Position numbers and translations under genes: made by a program. A stretch of DNA of 64,000 bases from Patescibacteria group bacterium (GTDB lineage: Bacteria; Patescibacteriota; JAHJAL01): positions 128,520 through 192,519 of the forward strand of contig JBMORM010000025.1 in NCBI GenBank assembly GCA_049322675.1, written 5' to 3'. A model generated the notes under the pieces. It was not told where the DNA came from and did not search any database. It saw only the letters and a list, made by a program, of their open reading frames with translations. Below, piece after piece: positions 1-8,674 of this stretch. Numbering within the stretch: position 1 is the stretch's first letter; each line of letters opens with the position of its first letter.

Positions 1-25
1 AAGTTATTAATTTATAATCGTAAAC

Positions 26-871
26 ATGGATTCGAATAAAAAAATCTTGAGGTTTGGTACTGGTGGTGTGCCTTTGTCAGCTCAATCTCGTGATACTTTG
101 TCAGGTATCAAAAGAATACGAGAATTGGGTTTGGATCATATGGAAATTGAATTTGTTCATGGTGTACGCATGGGCCAGGATAAAGCTAAAGAGATTGGTG
201 ATTTGGCCAAAGAATTGGATATTTCTCTTACTATTCATGCTCCTTATTATATAAATCTCAATGCTTTGGACCCAAAAAAACGGGCGGCTTCGAGACAAAG
301 AATAATTGAAAGTTGTGAAATAGGGGAGATTTTGGGGGCAAAGTCTGTTTGTTTTCACGCGGCTTTTAATCTCGGCCAAAATAGTGAGCAGGTTTTTGAA
401 ATGGTTTTAAGCGAGATGATTTTGATTGAAGAGGAATTGAAAAAACTAAATTTGGAAAATATTTGGTTGGCGCCGGAGATTACTGGTAAACAGACTCAAT
501 TTGGTAGTTTGGAAGAATTGGTGGTGTTGGCAAATAATTTGGAAAGAACAAGACTTTGTGTTGATTTTGCTCATTATTTCGCTCGCGAAGCCGGACAAAA
601 AAATAATTATGACGATTTTCGCCGATTATTGCTTGTGATTAAAAATGAATTGGGTTTAGAAGTTGCAAAAAAGCTTCATATGCATTTTTCGGGGATTGAA
701 TATTCGGCCAAGGGCGAAAAAAATCATCTCAAATTGGAACATTCACATTTCAATTGGCAGGGGACGATGAAAGCTTTGAAAGATGAGAATATTGGCGGTT
801 ACATGGTTTGCGAGAGTCCGGTTTTGGAAGAGGATGCACTTATCGCAAAAGAGTATTATGACAGATTGTAG
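26..871 (+). CDS. nfo: Endonuclease IV / AP endonuclease family 2 TIM barrel
   Basis: Motifs HAPYYINLN, FHAA, APEITGKQTQFGSLEE, CVDFAH, HMHFSGIEY..GEKNH and CESP. Confidence 0.85.
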   Translation: MDSNKKILRFGTGGVPLSAQSRDTLSGIKRIRELGLDHMEIEFVHGVRMGQDKAKEIGDLAKELDISLTIHAPYYINLNALDPKKRAASRQRIIESCEIGEILGAKSVCFHAAFNLGQNSEQVFEMVLSEMILIEEELKKLNLENIWLAPEITGKQTQFGSLEELVVLANNLERTRLCVDFAHYFAREAGQKNNYDDFRRLLLVIKNELGLEVAKKLHMHFSGIEYSAKGEKNHLKLEHSHFNWQGTMKALKDENIGGYMVCESPVLEEDALIAKEYYDRL

Positions 872-881
872 GTGATTTCCT

Positions 882-1349
882 ATGATTAATTTCCAATTTC
901 TAAAAATTATTTCTTTGATTGTATTATTACCTCTGATTGTTGGGTGCAGTAATACAATAATTTATGAAGACAATAAAAAAATAACTTTAGTTGGCGATAA
1001 CCAAAGTTATTATTTCAATGTTGAAATTGCCGATGATCAGCATGAAAGATCAAACGGTTTGATGTTTCGAGAAAAATTATCAAAAGACGATGGGATGTTG
1101 TTTGTTTTTGAAACTGAAGATTATCAGTCATTTTGGATGAAAAATACTAAAATCCCTCTGGATTTGTTGTTTTTTGATCATCAGGGGAAGATGGTTGATT
1201 ACAAGGATGATTTTATGCCGTGTTTTGACGGAGAGGATTGTGATAATTACTTTTCAAAAGGAAGGGCTATATATGTGCTGGAGATTAATAGCGACGTTTT
1301 GGAAAAAGATGATTATTTTATGGACGTGCCAAAACTGATAAACACTTAA
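882..1349 (+). CDS. DUF192 family protein, probable lipoprotein
   Basis: VEIAD..ERSNGLMFR..GMLFVF..FWMKNTKIPLD..VLEIN; lipobox-like IVGC after a hydrophobic N-terminus. Confidence 0.85.
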   Translation: MINFQFLKIISLIVLLPLIVGCSNTIIYEDNKKITLVGDNQSYYFNVEIADDQHERSNGLMFREKLSKDDGMLFVFETEDYQSFWMKNTKIPLDLLFFDHQGKMVDYKDDFMPCFDGEDCDNYFSKGRAIYVLEINSDVLEKDDYFMDVPKLINT

Positions 1350-1384
1350 AAACCCTTAGAAACTCTTGGAAACGCTTAAAAACG
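1340..1384 (+). repeat. Degenerate 10-bp tandem repeat (AAACnCTTnn, about 4 copies)
   Basis: aaacacttaa aaacccttag aaactcttgg aaacgcttaa aaac, lying between convergent gene ends. Confidence 0.6.
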
Positions 1385-1392
1385 AAATTGGT

Positions 1393-2097
1393 TTATGGGT
1401 GTTTATGTTTTTTTGAAATTGTGATAATGTTGTGTCTTTCTGTATAGTTTTTTAATATTTTAAAGCCGGTAGAAGATAGCGTTTTGCCAATCTCTTCTTC
1501 GGTAAAACTGTGGTAATACCTTTGGGCTAATATTTCTTTGTTGCTGTTTTTCCAGGGGATTAGGCAGTCATTTTGGTCGAGGTCTGGTAAGATTTTTTTG
1601 CTAAAATTGCAGCATGATTGATATTTTGTTTGATCAAGTTGCCAGTTGGTGCAAATAAATAGTCCGCCTGGTTTGAGAAAGGAAAAAATGTTTTGAAGCA
1701 CTTTTTTTCTGAAAGATTCTGAAGGGATGTGATGGAGGCTGGCGATAGCAAAAATATAATCATATTTTTTTTCAGTTTTAAAATCCATTAGACTGTCGAC
1801 TTGAAATGATATTTTTTGCTTTGCTTTTCTGTGAGTTCTGGAATACTTTTTTGCTTCTTTGATGAGATATTTGGAAATATCCACTCCCGTATATTCGATT
1901 TGGTCGGGCAAAATTGATAATAAACGACCATTGCCGCATCCTAAATCAAGTATAGAACTATCGGATTTGACGTATTTGTCAGTAATTATTTTTATTTCCG
2001 TCCAGTTGTATTGTCTGGTTGATGAAAAATGCTCGCTTATCGAGTCGTAGGCTTTGGTTGTATCTGTTATAATTTGGGTAGCTATTTTTGGAAGCAT
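1393..2097 (-). CDS. Class I SAM methyltransferase, Trm9/ALKBH8-like tRNA carboxymethyluridine methyltransferase
   Basis: LDLGCGNG SAM motif plus YDSISEHFSSTR..W, AIASLHH..R, LIPW and RYYHSF; start moved to ATG 2097 because the upstream extension lies in a repeat. Confidence 0.75.
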   Translation of the reverse strand: MLPKIATQIITDTTKAYDSISEHFSSTRQYNWTEIKIITDKYVKSDSSILDLGCGNGRLLSILPDQIEYTGVDISKYLIKEAKKYSRTHRKAKQKISFQVDSLMDFKTEKKYDYIFAIASLHHIPSESFRKKVLQNIFSFLKPGGLFICTNWQLDQTKYQSCCNFSKKILPDLDQNDCLIPWKNSNKEILAQRYYHSFTEEEIGKTLSSTGFKILKNYTERHNIITISKKHKHP

Positions 2098-2099
2098 GG

Positions 2100-2222
2100 G
2101 AAAAATTTCCAATTTTCAATTCTCAATTTCCAATAAATTTCCAATGATCAATTTCCAAACGAATTAGTATATTGCTTTCAAAAAATATTTGGAAATTGGA
2201 AACTGGAAACTGGAAATTGTAA
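2100..2222. repeat. Heptamer-period inverted-repeat element
   Basis: (TTYCAAT)n array followed by the inverted (GGAAAYT)n array; fills the divergent gap. Confidence 0.8.
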
Positions 2223-2234
2223 ATTTATTTTATT

Positions 2235-3914
2235 ATGTCCTTATTTTCCCAAAAATTTGCGAATATTGCCAATGCGCGGCGGGAAGCTGTGTGGTTGATT
2301 ATTAATGAAAAAATTGATTCGGAAGAAAGGGTGATAAAAATTGTTCGTCAAATGTGTTCAAAATATCACGTTTCTTGTTTGGATTTGAAAAAATCCGGTT
2401 TGATAGAGGCATATCGAGAAATGTTGGCGAATACTGAAATTGAAGAAAATAAACAATTTGAACAATTGATGATAAAAAGAAAGGTGAGGACCCAGTCAGG
2501 AGTTAGCGTAATTTCAGTGATGACCAAGCCGCTGTCTTGTCCGGGAAAATGTATTTATTGCCCGACGCAGGACAATATGCCCAAGAGTTATTTGGATAAT
2601 CAACCGGCGGCGATGCGGGGGGTGATGTTTGATTTTGATCCATATGAACAAGTGCGAGCGAGATTGATGATGTTGGATCGAATGGGGCATGATATTTCCA
2701 AAAATGAAGTTATTATTTTGGGTGGGACTTTTTCGGCGCATCCGGCGAGATATCAGGAGCTTTTTATTAAGCGGATTTATGATGCGTTTAATAATTATTC
2801 TGGGGGAAAGGTTCTAGGTTCTAGGTTCAAGGTTTTAGAGGGGGAGAAAATTCAAAATTCAAAATATAAAACTCAAAATATTGCTGATGATCTTGAGGGC
2901 GCGAAGAGGATCAATGAGACGGCGGGGTGTCGGATGATTGGCTTGACGATTGAGACTAGGCCGGATTGGGTGACGCCAACCGAAGTCAAGAGATTGAGAT
3001 ATTTTGGAGTGACTAGGGTCGAATTGGGAGTGCAGAGTGTTTTTGATGATGTTTTGCAGGGTGTTAAGAGGGGACATGATGTCGCTGAGATCAAAAAAGC
3101 GACGAACCTTTTACGTCAGGCGGGTTTTAAAATCGTTTATCATATTATGCCTGGATTACCGGGAAGTAATGTTGCTCGGGATATAGAGATGTTCAAATTG
3201 TTATTTTCTGACCCGGGTTTTTTTCCGGATCATTTAAAAATTTATCCGACAGTAGTATTAAAAGATAGTCAGTTGTATAAAATTTGGCAAAAAGGTGGGT
3301 TTAAACCTTATAAAAATAAACAAGTGGTTGAAGTGTTGAAGACGGCCAAAAAAATCGTTCCCCCGTGGGTGCGGATAGTCAGGATTATGCGAGACATACC
3401 GCAAGAATCGATCGTGGATGGGGTAAAAGTGTCCAATTTGCGGCAACAGTTGGAAGAGGCAGGAGCGGTTTGCCAATGCATCAGGTGTCGTGAACCAAAG
3501 GGAAAATTTGTCAAAGAATTGAAAGTGGTTAAAAGAAGTTTCGAGGTTTTGGGAGGCCAGGAAGTTTTTTTGAGTTATGAATCTACTGACGAAAAGAATA
3601 TTTTGGCATTGGCACGTTTGTTTATTCCAGATAAGAAAACAAATTCGATAGTCAAAATCATTCGAGAGATAGAAGGTTGCGCTTTGATTCGAGAGTTGCA
3701 TACTTATGGAACGGTAATTGGTGTTGACCAAAAATCAGACAACAAGAGTCAGCATCGAGGTTTAGGCAAAAAATTAATGATCAGGGCGGAATCGGAAGCC
3801 AAAAAATATGGTTTCAAAAAAATGGCAGTGATTGCCGGAATTGGAGTCAGGGAGTATTATAATAAAATAGGTTATAAATTGGTAGGTGAATACATGGTTA
3901 AATATTTGGTATAA
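2235..3914 (+). CDS. elp3: Elp3 tRNA uridine(34) carboxymethylation enzyme (radical SAM + KAT)
   Basis: RTQSGV, CPGKCIYCP, PKSY, ILGGTF, IETRPD, VELGVQS, KIYPT, RELHTYG, QHRGLGKKL, IAGIGVREYY. Confidence 0.95.
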   Translation: MSLFSQKFANIANARREAVWLIINEKIDSEERVIKIVRQMCSKYHVSCLDLKKSGLIEAYREMLANTEIEENKQFEQLMIKRKVRTQSGVSVISVMTKPLSCPGKCIYCPTQDNMPKSYLDNQPAAMRGVMFDFDPYEQVRARLMMLDRMGHDISKNEVIILGGTFSAHPARYQELFIKRIYDAFNNYSGGKVLGSRFKVLEGEKIQNSKYKTQNIADDLEGAKRINETAGCRMIGLTIETRPDWVTPTEVKRLRYFGVTRVELGVQSVFDDVLQGVKRGHDVAEIKKATNLLRQAGFKIVYHIMPGLPGSNVARDIEMFKLLFSDPGFFPDHLKIYPTVVLKDSQLYKIWQKGGFKPYKNKQVVEVLKTAKKIVPPWVRIVRIMRDIPQESIVDGVKVSNLRQQLEEAGAVCQCIRCREPKGKFVKELKVVKRSFEVLGGQEVFLSYESTDEKNILALARLFIPDKKTNSIVKIIREIEGCALIRELHTYGTVIGVDQKSDNKSQHRGLGKKLMIRAESEAKKYGFKKMAVIAGIGVREYYNKIGYKLVGEYMVKYLV

Positions 3915-3923
3915 TATAGAGGA

Positions 3924-3994
3924 AATTTTCAATTTTCAATTTTTAATTTTCAAACGATATTGTTTAGAAATTAAAAATTAGAAATTAAAAATTG
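3924..3994. repeat. Heptamer-period inverted-repeat element
   Basis: (ATTTTYA)n - AAACGATATTGTTT core - (AAATTAR)n. Confidence 0.8.
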
Positions 3995-4000
3995 TTTATC

Positions 4001-4702
4001 ATGAATCAAAACAATGGCAATGATATTGAAATAAAAATTGGTGAGAATGATCAACATAAGGACGAGTTGGCCAATCGACTAAAACAGAGATTGGAAAAAG
4101 ACAAGAAGGATGAATTGGGAGATGTAGTATTTCATGCAACCGATCCTCGGTTAAAGTACAATGCCTGGTGGACAGTTTTGATGGTGACTTTGATCACGGT
4201 TGCTCTGGGTGTGATAGTTTTTTTGGTGGTCAAAGGAGCGCCGAATACTTCGGTTGTTAAGGAGCAAGAGAGGTTGGCTGGTTTCAATCAGGTAAAAGTA
4301 AAATATGATCAGGCCTTGGTGGCGGCTACCAATGAGTTGGTAAAGGCGGAAAATAGTTTTAATAACGGTAATTTTTCCGAGGCCAATGATACTTCCAAAA
4401 TAGCCGAAGACGATTTTAATCAGCTTATCGACTATGCTTATGAATTGGGTGGGGTTGATTTGGGAGATCAAAATCAAGCTTTCAAGAGTTATTTTGCCAA
4501 TTTGGAAGAAGCCGCCAAGTTAGGTGAAAAAATGTCTAAGTCTTTGGCGTACGCTTCGAGATCGGCTGATAGGGGACAAGAAGTCGAAGCAAAAAAATCT
4601 TTATCTGAATATGATGGATATGCGCAGGATTTGGAGTTGGTGATAAAAAAAGTACAGGCGTTTAAAAATAGCCAGGGAGAGTTTTTTAAGGCAAACACGT
4701 AA
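4001..4702 (+). CDS. Hypothetical single-pass membrane protein with a helical extracytoplasmic domain
   Basis: One TM segment WWTVLMVTLITVALGVIVFLVV followed by an Ala/Glu-rich helical region; ATG 4001 preferred. Confidence 0.7.
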   Translation: MNQNNGNDIEIKIGENDQHKDELANRLKQRLEKDKKDELGDVVFHATDPRLKYNAWWTVLMVTLITVALGVIVFLVVKGAPNTSVVKEQERLAGFNQVKVKYDQALVAATNELVKAENSFNNGNFSEANDTSKIAEDDFNQLIDYAYELGGVDLGDQNQAFKSYFANLEEAAKLGEKMSKSLAYASRSADRGQEVEAKKSLSEYDGYAQDLELVIKKVQAFKNSQGEFFKANT

Positions 4703-4756
4703 TTTAATTTTTGAGTTTGTCTTTACATTTTTGTTTTATTTGATAGGCAAGAAAGG

Positions 4757-4900
4757 AATTTCCAATTCTCAATTCTCAATTTCCAATAAATTTCCAATGA
4801 ACAATTTTCAAACAAATATATTTTTTAGGCGATACTCATGTTTGTTTGGAAATTGGACATTGAGCCTTTTTTGGAAATTGAGAATTGAAAATTGGAAATT
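4757..4900. repeat. Heptamer-period inverted-repeat element
   Basis: Left arm nearly identical to 2106-2160 (ttccaatt.tcaattctcaatttccaataaatttccaatga.caattt.caaac); inverted right arm. Confidence 0.85.
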
Positions 4901-4909
4901 ATAAATTCT

Positions 4910-5338
4910 ATGAATGAAATCGTAATTTTTTCCGATGGTGGTTCTCGTGGTAATCCTGGTCCGGGGGCGGGGGCGGCGATGGTTTTTTTTGACAGTCAAA
5001 AGCAATGTTTGGGCAAGTCAAGATATTATGGTCATTGCACCAACAATCAGGCTGAATATCAAGCCTTGCTTGATGGGATAAAAGTGGTTGAGTCAAAAAT
5101 AAAAGATGAAGATCTGCATGAAGTTGATTTGAAGATTTTTCTGGATAGTGAACTGATGGTCAAACAAATCAACGGGGAGTATAAGGTCAAAAGCGAAGGT
5201 TTGGCGCCTTTTTACGAGCAGATTCAACAAAAACTTTCCAAATTTGGCAAAGCGACTGTGACTCATGTCATGCGCTCCAACAACAAATTAGCCGACATGA
5301 TGCTCAATGCGGTTTTGGATAGATGGGAAGGGAAGTAA
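4910..5338 (+). CDS. rnhA: Ribonuclease HI family
   Basis: DGGSRGNPGPGAG, TNNQAEYQAL, DSELMVKQINGEYKVK, HVMRSNNKLAD. Confidence 0.9.
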   Translation: MNEIVIFSDGGSRGNPGPGAGAAMVFFDSQKQCLGKSRYYGHCTNNQAEYQALLDGIKVVESKIKDEDLHEVDLKIFLDSELMVKQINGEYKVKSEGLAPFYEQIQQKLSKFGKATVTHVMRSNNKLADMMLNAVLDRWEGK

Positions 5339-5347
5339 TATGAGAAA

Positions 5348-5480
5348 AATTTTCAATTTTCAATTTTCAGTTTTTCCCTCACGGGATCGAACTGCTGCTG
5401 ACAAACATATTTTGTATGCGATATTTGAAAATTGGAAATTGAAAATTTATTGGAAATTGAAAATTGGAAATTGAAAATTT
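5348..5480. repeat. Heptamer-period inverted-repeat element overlapping the helicase start
   Basis: (TTTTCAA)n ... (TTGRAAA)n; the right arm runs into the first codons of the next ORF. Confidence 0.8.
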
Positions 5481-8472
5481 TGTAAACGAATATAACAGAT
5501 TGAATCCTCGCCAAAAAGAGGCTGTTGATACTATTTATGGCCCCGTGATGGTAATTGCCGGTCCGGGGACGGGGAAGACGCAGACTTTGACGGTGAGGAT
5601 TGCCAATATTTTACAAAAGACGGATAGTATGCCGTCTAGTATTTTGTGCCTGACTTTTACCAATTCAGGTGTTAAGGCAATGCGGGAACGTTTGGTAAAA
5701 ATAATTGGTCCTGACGCCTATCGGATCGATATTCACACCTTCCATTCTTTTTGCAACGAGGTGATAACTTTTCATCCCGAGCGTTTTTTGTTTGCCAAAA
5801 AAATGCAGCAGATCACTGATTTGGAACAGATTCAATACGTGATGAAAATATTGAATGAAGGTGATTTTAAGTTATTGCGGCCACCCAAGGCGGCGGATTT
5901 TTATCTCAAAAGTATTATCAAGGCGATTGGTGATTTAAAGATGGAAGGTTTGACTCCTGAAGAGTATGAAAAAATTGTCCGGCAAAGACATCAAGAATAT
6001 GAAATATTTCTAGCGGAAAGAGAAAAGAAGCCGACGCAAAAAGATTTGTCGGAAAAAACTTCGATTGAAAGAAATCTGGAATTGTCAGATTTGTATCGCA
6101 AATATCAAGAGTTGATGCGGGAAAATGGTCGTTATGATTACAATGACATGATCTTGTTTGTTTTAAATGAGTTTAAAAAAGATATAAATTTTCTGGCGGG
6201 GTATCAGGAGAAATATTTATTTATTTTGGTGGACGAATATCAGGATACCAATGGGGCACAAAACGAGTTGATCAAATTGATGGGCGCCAAGGTGGATCAA
6301 CCGAATATTATGGTGGTGGGGGATGACGAGCAGTCGATTTACCGTTTCCAAGGCGCCAGTTTGGAAAACCTGTTATTTTTTACCGATTTGTTTCCCAAAA
6401 CAAAAAAAATTGTTTTGAATATAAATTATCGCAGTCCAAAAAATCTGGTGGCGGCTGCCAGATCGATGATTGTTCAAGCCGGGGTTAATGCTCAGCAAGT
6501 TTTGGCGATAGATAAAGAGATTGAGGCGGCAAACCAGAATGATGTGCCCGGGGCGTGGTTAGTAAAACTTGAGAGCGATGATTTGGAACAAAGTTGGATT
6601 ATGGAAAAAATAAAAAAATTATCGCAGAGCGGAGTAGATCTGTCGGATATTGCTTTGATTTTTCGAACCAATGACGAGATGGAAGATTATAAAAAGCTAT
6701 TTTTGGCAGCCGGCATTGACTGGCGATTTTTGACCGGAGCCAATATTTTGCAGGAGAAGATCATATCGCAGTTGGTTGATTTGATACGAGTGATTATCAA
6801 TCCTTTCAACGACGAGTTGTTGTTTAAGGTAATGTATTTTTCCTGGCTCAAAATAGATGAAGTGGATCATTATCGTTTATTAAGTTTTGGTCGCCGAAAA
6901 ATATTTGCTTGGCTAGTGGAAAACAAAGATGCTGATTTGACTGACAAGTTTAAAGATTGGCCTGGATTGGTAAAATTTGCCAATTTTGTTTTAATAATCA
7001 GAAAAGAAAATGCCAATCGGACTTTACCGGATGTTTTGGAAAAATTGATCAAACAAAGTGGTTTATTGAAATGGGTAGTGGAAGACAAAAAGAGAGTAGG
7101 GGATTTGCCAAAGTTAAAGAGCTTTTTCAAATTTGCCAAGTCGGCGGCCGCCAATCGGGTTGAATATGATTTAAGTGAGTTTATAAATACTTTGGCGGAC
7201 ATGAAAGATCATGATTTGCCGATTCGTTTCAACGAGATGGATTTTTCCAAGTCGGCAGTGGTTCTGACGACGGCTCATGGTAGCAAGGGCTTGGAGTTTG
7301 ATTATGTCTTTATTGTCAAAGCGGTGGACAAACATTGGAGCAACAAGACTGCGCGGGAATTAATAAAAATAGTGCCGGGAGTGATCAAAAAACAACCCGA
7401 AAAGACAGAAGCGGTGGATGAAGAAAGAAGACTATTTTACGTGGCTATGACGCGAGCCAAAAAAGAATTGTATATTACCTGGGCGAAAAAATATGGTCTG
7501 GGCAAAGATGAAAAAGAGACGATCGAATCAATGTTTGTGGCCGAAATAGATCAAAATTTTTCTCAGTCTGTCGATAGTGGATTGTCGGAGCAAAAAAATA
7601 AAGAATTGATTGCCGATTATTTTGACAAAAAGCCAGAGGCGGTTTTTTCAGTTGAATTGACTGATTATTTGCGACATTTGGTTGATGAATTTGTCCTCAG
7701 TCCTACTGCTTTGAATAAATATCTGGATTGTCCCAGAAAGTTTTTATACGAAAGTTTATTGCGGGTGCCGATGGCCAAGAAACTACCCTTGCAATACGGA
7801 TCGGCGATACATTACGCGTTGGAAATGTTTTACAGCGAGTATAAAAAGACTAAACAATTACCGGAAAAAGAGGTTTTGTTGCAATATTTTGAGGCGGGTT
7901 TAAATAAAGAAGTCTTAGCTGAGCATGACCTGAAACATCTTCGACAAAATGGCCGGGAAAATCTGGCAAAGTATTATGATTTTTATTGTGATAAATTCAA
8001 GATTCCGATTTACAATGAGTTCAATTTTGGCAGCAAAAAGATATTATTGGATCAGCAAATCCCGATCACGGGCAAGGTTGATCGGGTAGAGTTATTGGAG
8101 GATAGTGATGGTGAGACCGTGAGAGTGATTGATTATAAAACCGGACAACCCAAGAGTCGCAATGATATTTTGGGTAAAACCAAGACTTCGACTGGCGATT
8201 ATCACCGGCAGCTGATATTTTACAAGTTACTCGGGAGACTATCTTCCAGCTTTATTTACAAAATCAAAGAAGTGGAATTAGATTTTGTCGAACCCAAAAA
8301 AGGTTCGGGAAAATTTGTTCGAGAATCTTTTATGATCGAATTGGAACAGTTGAATCAATTAAAAAAAATGATTCGAGAAGTCTGGGTCAAAATTCAAGCT
8401 TTGCAATTTCCCTGCCTGCCTGAAAAAAATAAATGCAAAGATTGTGATTATCGCGATTTGTGTGATAAATAA
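5464..8472 (+). CDS. UvrD/PcrA-family helicase fused to a PD-(D/E)XK nuclease with a 4-Cys cluster
   Basis: AGPGTGKT, VDEYQDTN, VGDDEQSIYRFQGA, TAHGSKGLEF, EERRLFYVAMTRAK; C-terminal GKVDRVE..IDYKTG, CPRKF and C..CKDCDYRDLC; TTG start. Confidence 0.92.
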   Translation: MEIENFVNEYNRLNPRQKEAVDTIYGPVMVIAGPGTGKTQTLTVRIANILQKTDSMPSSILCLTFTNSGVKAMRERLVKIIGPDAYRIDIHTFHSFCNEVITFHPERFLFAKKMQQITDLEQIQYVMKILNEGDFKLLRPPKAADFYLKSIIKAIGDLKMEGLTPEEYEKIVRQRHQEYEIFLAEREKKPTQKDLSEKTSIERNLELSDLYRKYQELMRENGRYDYNDMILFVLNEFKKDINFLAGYQEKYLFILVDEYQDTNGAQNELIKLMGAKVDQPNIMVVGDDEQSIYRFQGASLENLLFFTDLFPKTKKIVLNINYRSPKNLVAAARSMIVQAGVNAQQVLAIDKEIEAANQNDVPGAWLVKLESDDLEQSWIMEKIKKLSQSGVDLSDIALIFRTNDEMEDYKKLFLAAGIDWRFLTGANILQEKIISQLVDLIRVIINPFNDELLFKVMYFSWLKIDEVDHYRLLSFGRRKIFAWLVENKDADLTDKFKDWPGLVKFANFVLIIRKENANRTLPDVLEKLIKQSGLLKWVVEDKKRVGDLPKLKSFFKFAKSAAANRVEYDLSEFINTLADMKDHDLPIRFNEMDFSKSAVVLTTAHGSKGLEFDYVFIVKAVDKHWSNKTARELIKIVPGVIKKQPEKTEAVDEERRLFYVAMTRAKKELYITWAKKYGLGKDEKETIESMFVAEIDQNFSQSVDSGLSEQKNKELIADYFDKKPEAVFSVELTDYLRHLVDEFVLSPTALNKYLDCPRKFLYESLLRVPMAKKLPLQYGSAIHYALEMFYSEYKKTKQLPEKEVLLQYFEAGLNKEVLAEHDLKHLRQNGRENLAKYYDFYCDKFKIPIYNEFNFGSKKILLDQQIPITGKVDRVELLEDSDGETVRVIDYKTGQPKSRNDILGKTKTSTGDYHRQLIFYKLLGRLSSSFIYKIKEVELDFVEPKKGSGKFVRESFMIELEQLNQLKKMIREVWVKIQALQFPCLPEKNKCKDCDYRDLCDK

Positions 8473-8481
8473 TTGTCAATC

Positions 8482-8543
8482 GTAGGGGCGACCCTCGCGG
8501 TCGCCCGGTTTTCAATGTAGGGGCGAGGTTTCCCCGCCCCTAC
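8482..8543 (+). repeat. Pair of GTAG-type REP palindromes
   Basis: gtaggggcgaccctcgcggtcgccc and gtaggggcgaggtttccccgcccctac. Confidence 0.8.
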
Positions 8544-8612
8544 GGTGATGAATGGCAAAAAATTTTGGTCTATGATATATTTATTTCTTACGTGTTTAAC
8601 ACGAAAATACCC

Positions 8613-8641
8613 TTGACAATTATGTTTTTGCGTGATACGGT
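8613..8641 (+). promoter_or_regulatory. Putative sigma70 promoter
   Basis: TTGACA-17 nt-TACGGT with extended -10 TG, upstream of ATG 8675. Confidence 0.5.
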
Positions 8642-8674
8642 GAGACCTGATTTTGAAACCATTAATTTTGTAAT

